From NCBI GenBank assembly GCA_020137815.1, contig CM035352.1:5270001-5334000 (forward strand): a stretch of 64,000 bases of DNA. The letters are read 5' to 3'. The stretch's first letter is position 1. Each line of letters opens with the position of its first letter. Source of the DNA: Hormiphora californensis. Its lineage: Eukaryota > Animalia > Ctenophora. Shown here in pieces: positions 61,061 through 64,000 of this stretch. The position numbers and the translations under genes were made by a program. The notes beneath the pieces are model-generated. The model was not told where the DNA came from. It was given only the letters and a program-made list of their open reading frames with translations, and ran no database searches.

Positions 61061-63952
61061 ATTATGCCAAAAACTAACAGAAATTAGTTGGCTGGAAAGG
61101 TGACCACTTTTGTTGTCAAACTGACACCTTTGCCCTCTCCGGGTTTTTCTCTCTCTCTCTCTCTCTCCCTCTCTCTCTCTCTCTCTTTCTCTTTTTCCCT
61201 ATCTCTCTCTCTATCTCTTTTCTCAAACTCCCTGATTTACCCCCTGATTTACCCCATCGATGATATCCGTAACCCGGGCCGGGCAAAGGTGTCAGTTTGA
61301 CAACAAAAGTGGTCACCTTTCCAGCCAACTAATTTCTGTTAAAAGGATAATGTTGTAATTATGCACTGAACTGCTGTAGACATCACCCACTCACTTCATA
61401 CACACACAACACCCACACACATGACCAAGCCTGTACGACAGGTTATTGATCACCGGCTGTATTACAGCACGAGAGAGCCGTCACTAGTATCGTGCAGAGA
61501 TCCGAAGATCATGATAACAATTAATATGACGTGATCAACTGCTATAGCCCAACTGTTCATCCTGAGAATTCTGATACAAAGATATTATTTGCCGTACTGA
61601 TATATGAGGTAACTCCAACCCCCCAGTTTCATCTCCTTGTTTAACATTGGGAGTTACCAAGGGAATCCACTGGGTTCGATTAATCTAGGCACATACCCAC
61701 AGTACTATTCGAATTGGCGTATCTTTATATCAGGAATCTCGGATAGCAACAATCCTTGTGTTTTATTGCTATCTGAACAGATTAGGCGTATAGACAGGGC
61801 TCTTTGTGTGGGTGTTGTGTGTGTATGAAGTGAGTGGGTGATGTCTACAGCAGTTCAGTGCATAATTACAACATTATCCTTGAAACGTGAGCACTGCTGA
61901 TAATAAGAGCCCTGTCTATACGCCTAATCTGTTCAGATAGCAATAAAACACAAGGATTGTTGCTATCCGAGATTCCTGATATAAAGATACGCCAATTCGA
62001 ATAGTACTGTGGGTATGTGCCTAGATTAATCGAACCCAGTGGATTCCCTTGGTAACTCCCAATGTTAAACAAGGAGATGAAACTGGGGGGTTGGAGTTAC
62101 CTCATATATCAGTACGGCAAATAATATCTTTGTATCAGAATTCTCAGGATGAACAGTTGGGCTATAGCAGTTGATCACGTCATATTAATTGTTATCATGA
62201 TCTTCGGATCTCTGCACGATACTAGTGACGGCTCTCTCGTGCTGTAATACAGCCGGTGATCAATAACCTGTCGTACAGGCTTGGTCATGTGTGTGGGTGT
62301 TGTGTGTGTATGAAGTGAGTGGGTGATGTCTACAGCAGTTCAGTGCATAATTACAACATTATCCTTGAAACGTGAGCACTGCTGATAATAAGAGCCCTGT
62401 CTATACGCCTAATCTGTTCAGATAGCAATAAAACACAAGGATTGTTGCTATCCGAGATTCCTGATATAAAGATACGCCAATTCGAATAGTACTGTGGGTA
62501 TGTGCCTAGATTAATCGAACCCAGTGGATTCCCTTGGTAACTCCCAATGTTAAACAAGGAGATGAAACTGGGGGGTTGGAGTTACCTCATATATCAGTAC
62601 GGCAAATAATATCTTTGTATCAGAATTCTCAGGATGAACAGTTGGGCTATAGCAGTTGATCACGTCATATTAATTGTTATCATGATCTTCGGATCTCTGC
62701 ACGATACTAGTGACGGCTCTCTCGTGCTGTAATACAGCCGGTGATCAATAACCTGTCGTACAGGCTTGGTCATGTGTGTGGGGGGGGGGGGTACGTCACC
62801 TTTTATTTTGCCCACTTTTGCCCACATTTGCCCACATGGGCAAACCAAAATCTCAAAAAACAGGTATAATGTGGGCAAAGTGGGCAAAAAGTGGGCAAAA
62901 ATATTATAAGCATCAAAAATTTACCAGAAAACCCTCTCTGACAAATGTTTTTCACCTCCAATGTATTCCAAGAGGTCCCCTCTATCGATTCCAACCGATA
63001 AATAATGTACTTACTTATGACTAAAGGTTGATAAGGCTCCATGTCCGACTGGACAAAAGTGGGCAAAAAAATTTGGCAAAATTAGGCAAAGGCCAGTGAT
63101 TTTTCGTCATTTTGGGGCTATTTAGGGAACTGATACATAACAAAGGTTTTCCACTTGCATTGTACTCCAATGGGGTCCCAGAAAAACCAGAAAAATTTTC
63201 CACTCCAACCATGTGAGAAACGTGCCTAAAATGACCAATTTTCCTAATTTTGCCAACATATTTTGCCCATTTTCCCAGTTGGATATGGAGCCTTATCAAC
63301 CCTGAGCAAATAAATTATCGGTTGGAATCGATAGGGGGGACCTCTAGGAGGACATTGGTGGTGAAAAACCTTTGTCACAGACGATTACCTGGTTGAGAGC
63401 ATATATTTTTTATGGATTTAAATTTTTTGCCTACTTTTGCCTACTTTTGCCCACTTTTGCCCACTTTTGCCCATGTGGGCAAATTCAAAATTTAAGAATA
63501 ATGTGGGCAGTGGGCAAAAAAAAGGTGACGTACCCCCCGTGTGTGGGTGTTGTGTGTGTATGAAGTGAGTGGGTGATGTCTACAGCAGTTCAGTGCATAA
63601 TTACAACATTATCCTTGAAACGTGAGCACTGCTGATAATAAGAGCCCTGTCTATACGCCTAATCTGTTCAGATAGCAATAAAACACAAGGATTGTTGCTA
63701 TCCGAGATTCCTGATATAAAGATACGCCAATTCGAATAGTACTGTGGGTATGTGCCTAGATTAATCGAACCCAGTGGATTCCCTTGGTAACTCCCAATGT
63801 TAAACAAGGAGATGAAACTGGGGGGTTGGAGTTACCTCATATATCAGTACGGCAAATAATATCTTTGTATCAGAATTCTCAGGATGAACAGTTGGGCTAT
63901 AGCAGTTGATCACGTCATATTAATTGTAATTTCTGTTAGTTTTTGGCATAAT
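61061..63952. repeat. 485-bp satellite-like tandem array (one inverted unit plus ~3 direct units) bounded by a 26-bp inverted repeat
   Basis: Identical ORFs at 61866, 62351 and 63601 (period 485, plus a 765-bp insertion); inverted unit ~61343-61802; outer IR 61061-61086/63927-63952; inner 61-bp IR 61075-61135/61281-61341. Confidence 0.88.
62782..63538. mobile_element. Poly-G TIR element with 8-bp TSD (Merlin-like) inserted in the satellite
   Basis: gtgtgtgg|GGGGGGTACGTCACCTTTT...AAAAGGTGACGTACCCCCC|gtgtgtgg; uninterrupted site present in neighbouring units. Confidence 0.88.
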
Positions 63953-64000
63953 TGGGGTATATTTTTGGTATTTTCTGATGTGAAATACAATGTAAGACAT

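Noticed and set aside
61637-63807. Four copies of a 63-68-aa ORF (MFNIGSYQGNP..)
   Set aside because: TTG start, no recognisable domain, follows satellite periodicity; no support as a gene family.

Overview
Gene-dense, intron-rich animal DNA with short GT-AG introns, many MITEs and (GA)n tracts. By inference it is most likely a ctenophore (Pleurobrachia-like), judged from the compact introns, nested intronic genes, divergent class-A GPCRs and the MITE families. Reconstructed genes: a C2-domain (plant-type) phospholipase D (-, runs off the left edge) that hosts three intronless antisense genes in three consecutive introns (orphan GPCR, secreted beta/gamma-crystallin, PPxY membrane protein); a ~21-exon triple-RRM protein (-); SDF2/SDF2L1-like with HDEL (+); a syntaxin-1-like Qa-SNARE (+); a G-alpha of the Gv class (-); a second GPCR (-); and the 3' part of a domino/SRCAP/EP400 SWR1-type ATPase (-, 5' end outside the window), apparently with alternative C-termini. 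Non-coding DNA holds many non-autonomous DNA elements (pogo/Tigger-, hAT-, Academ-, Merlin- and Helitron-like), some nested, plus spacerless palindromes, tandem duplications of splice donors, and elements built from cGAAg-triloop/tandem-GA hairpins. Five apparent +1 frame breaks in coding-like sequence need RNA-seq; consensus error is a live explanation. Exon coordinates were read by eye and may be off by a few bases.
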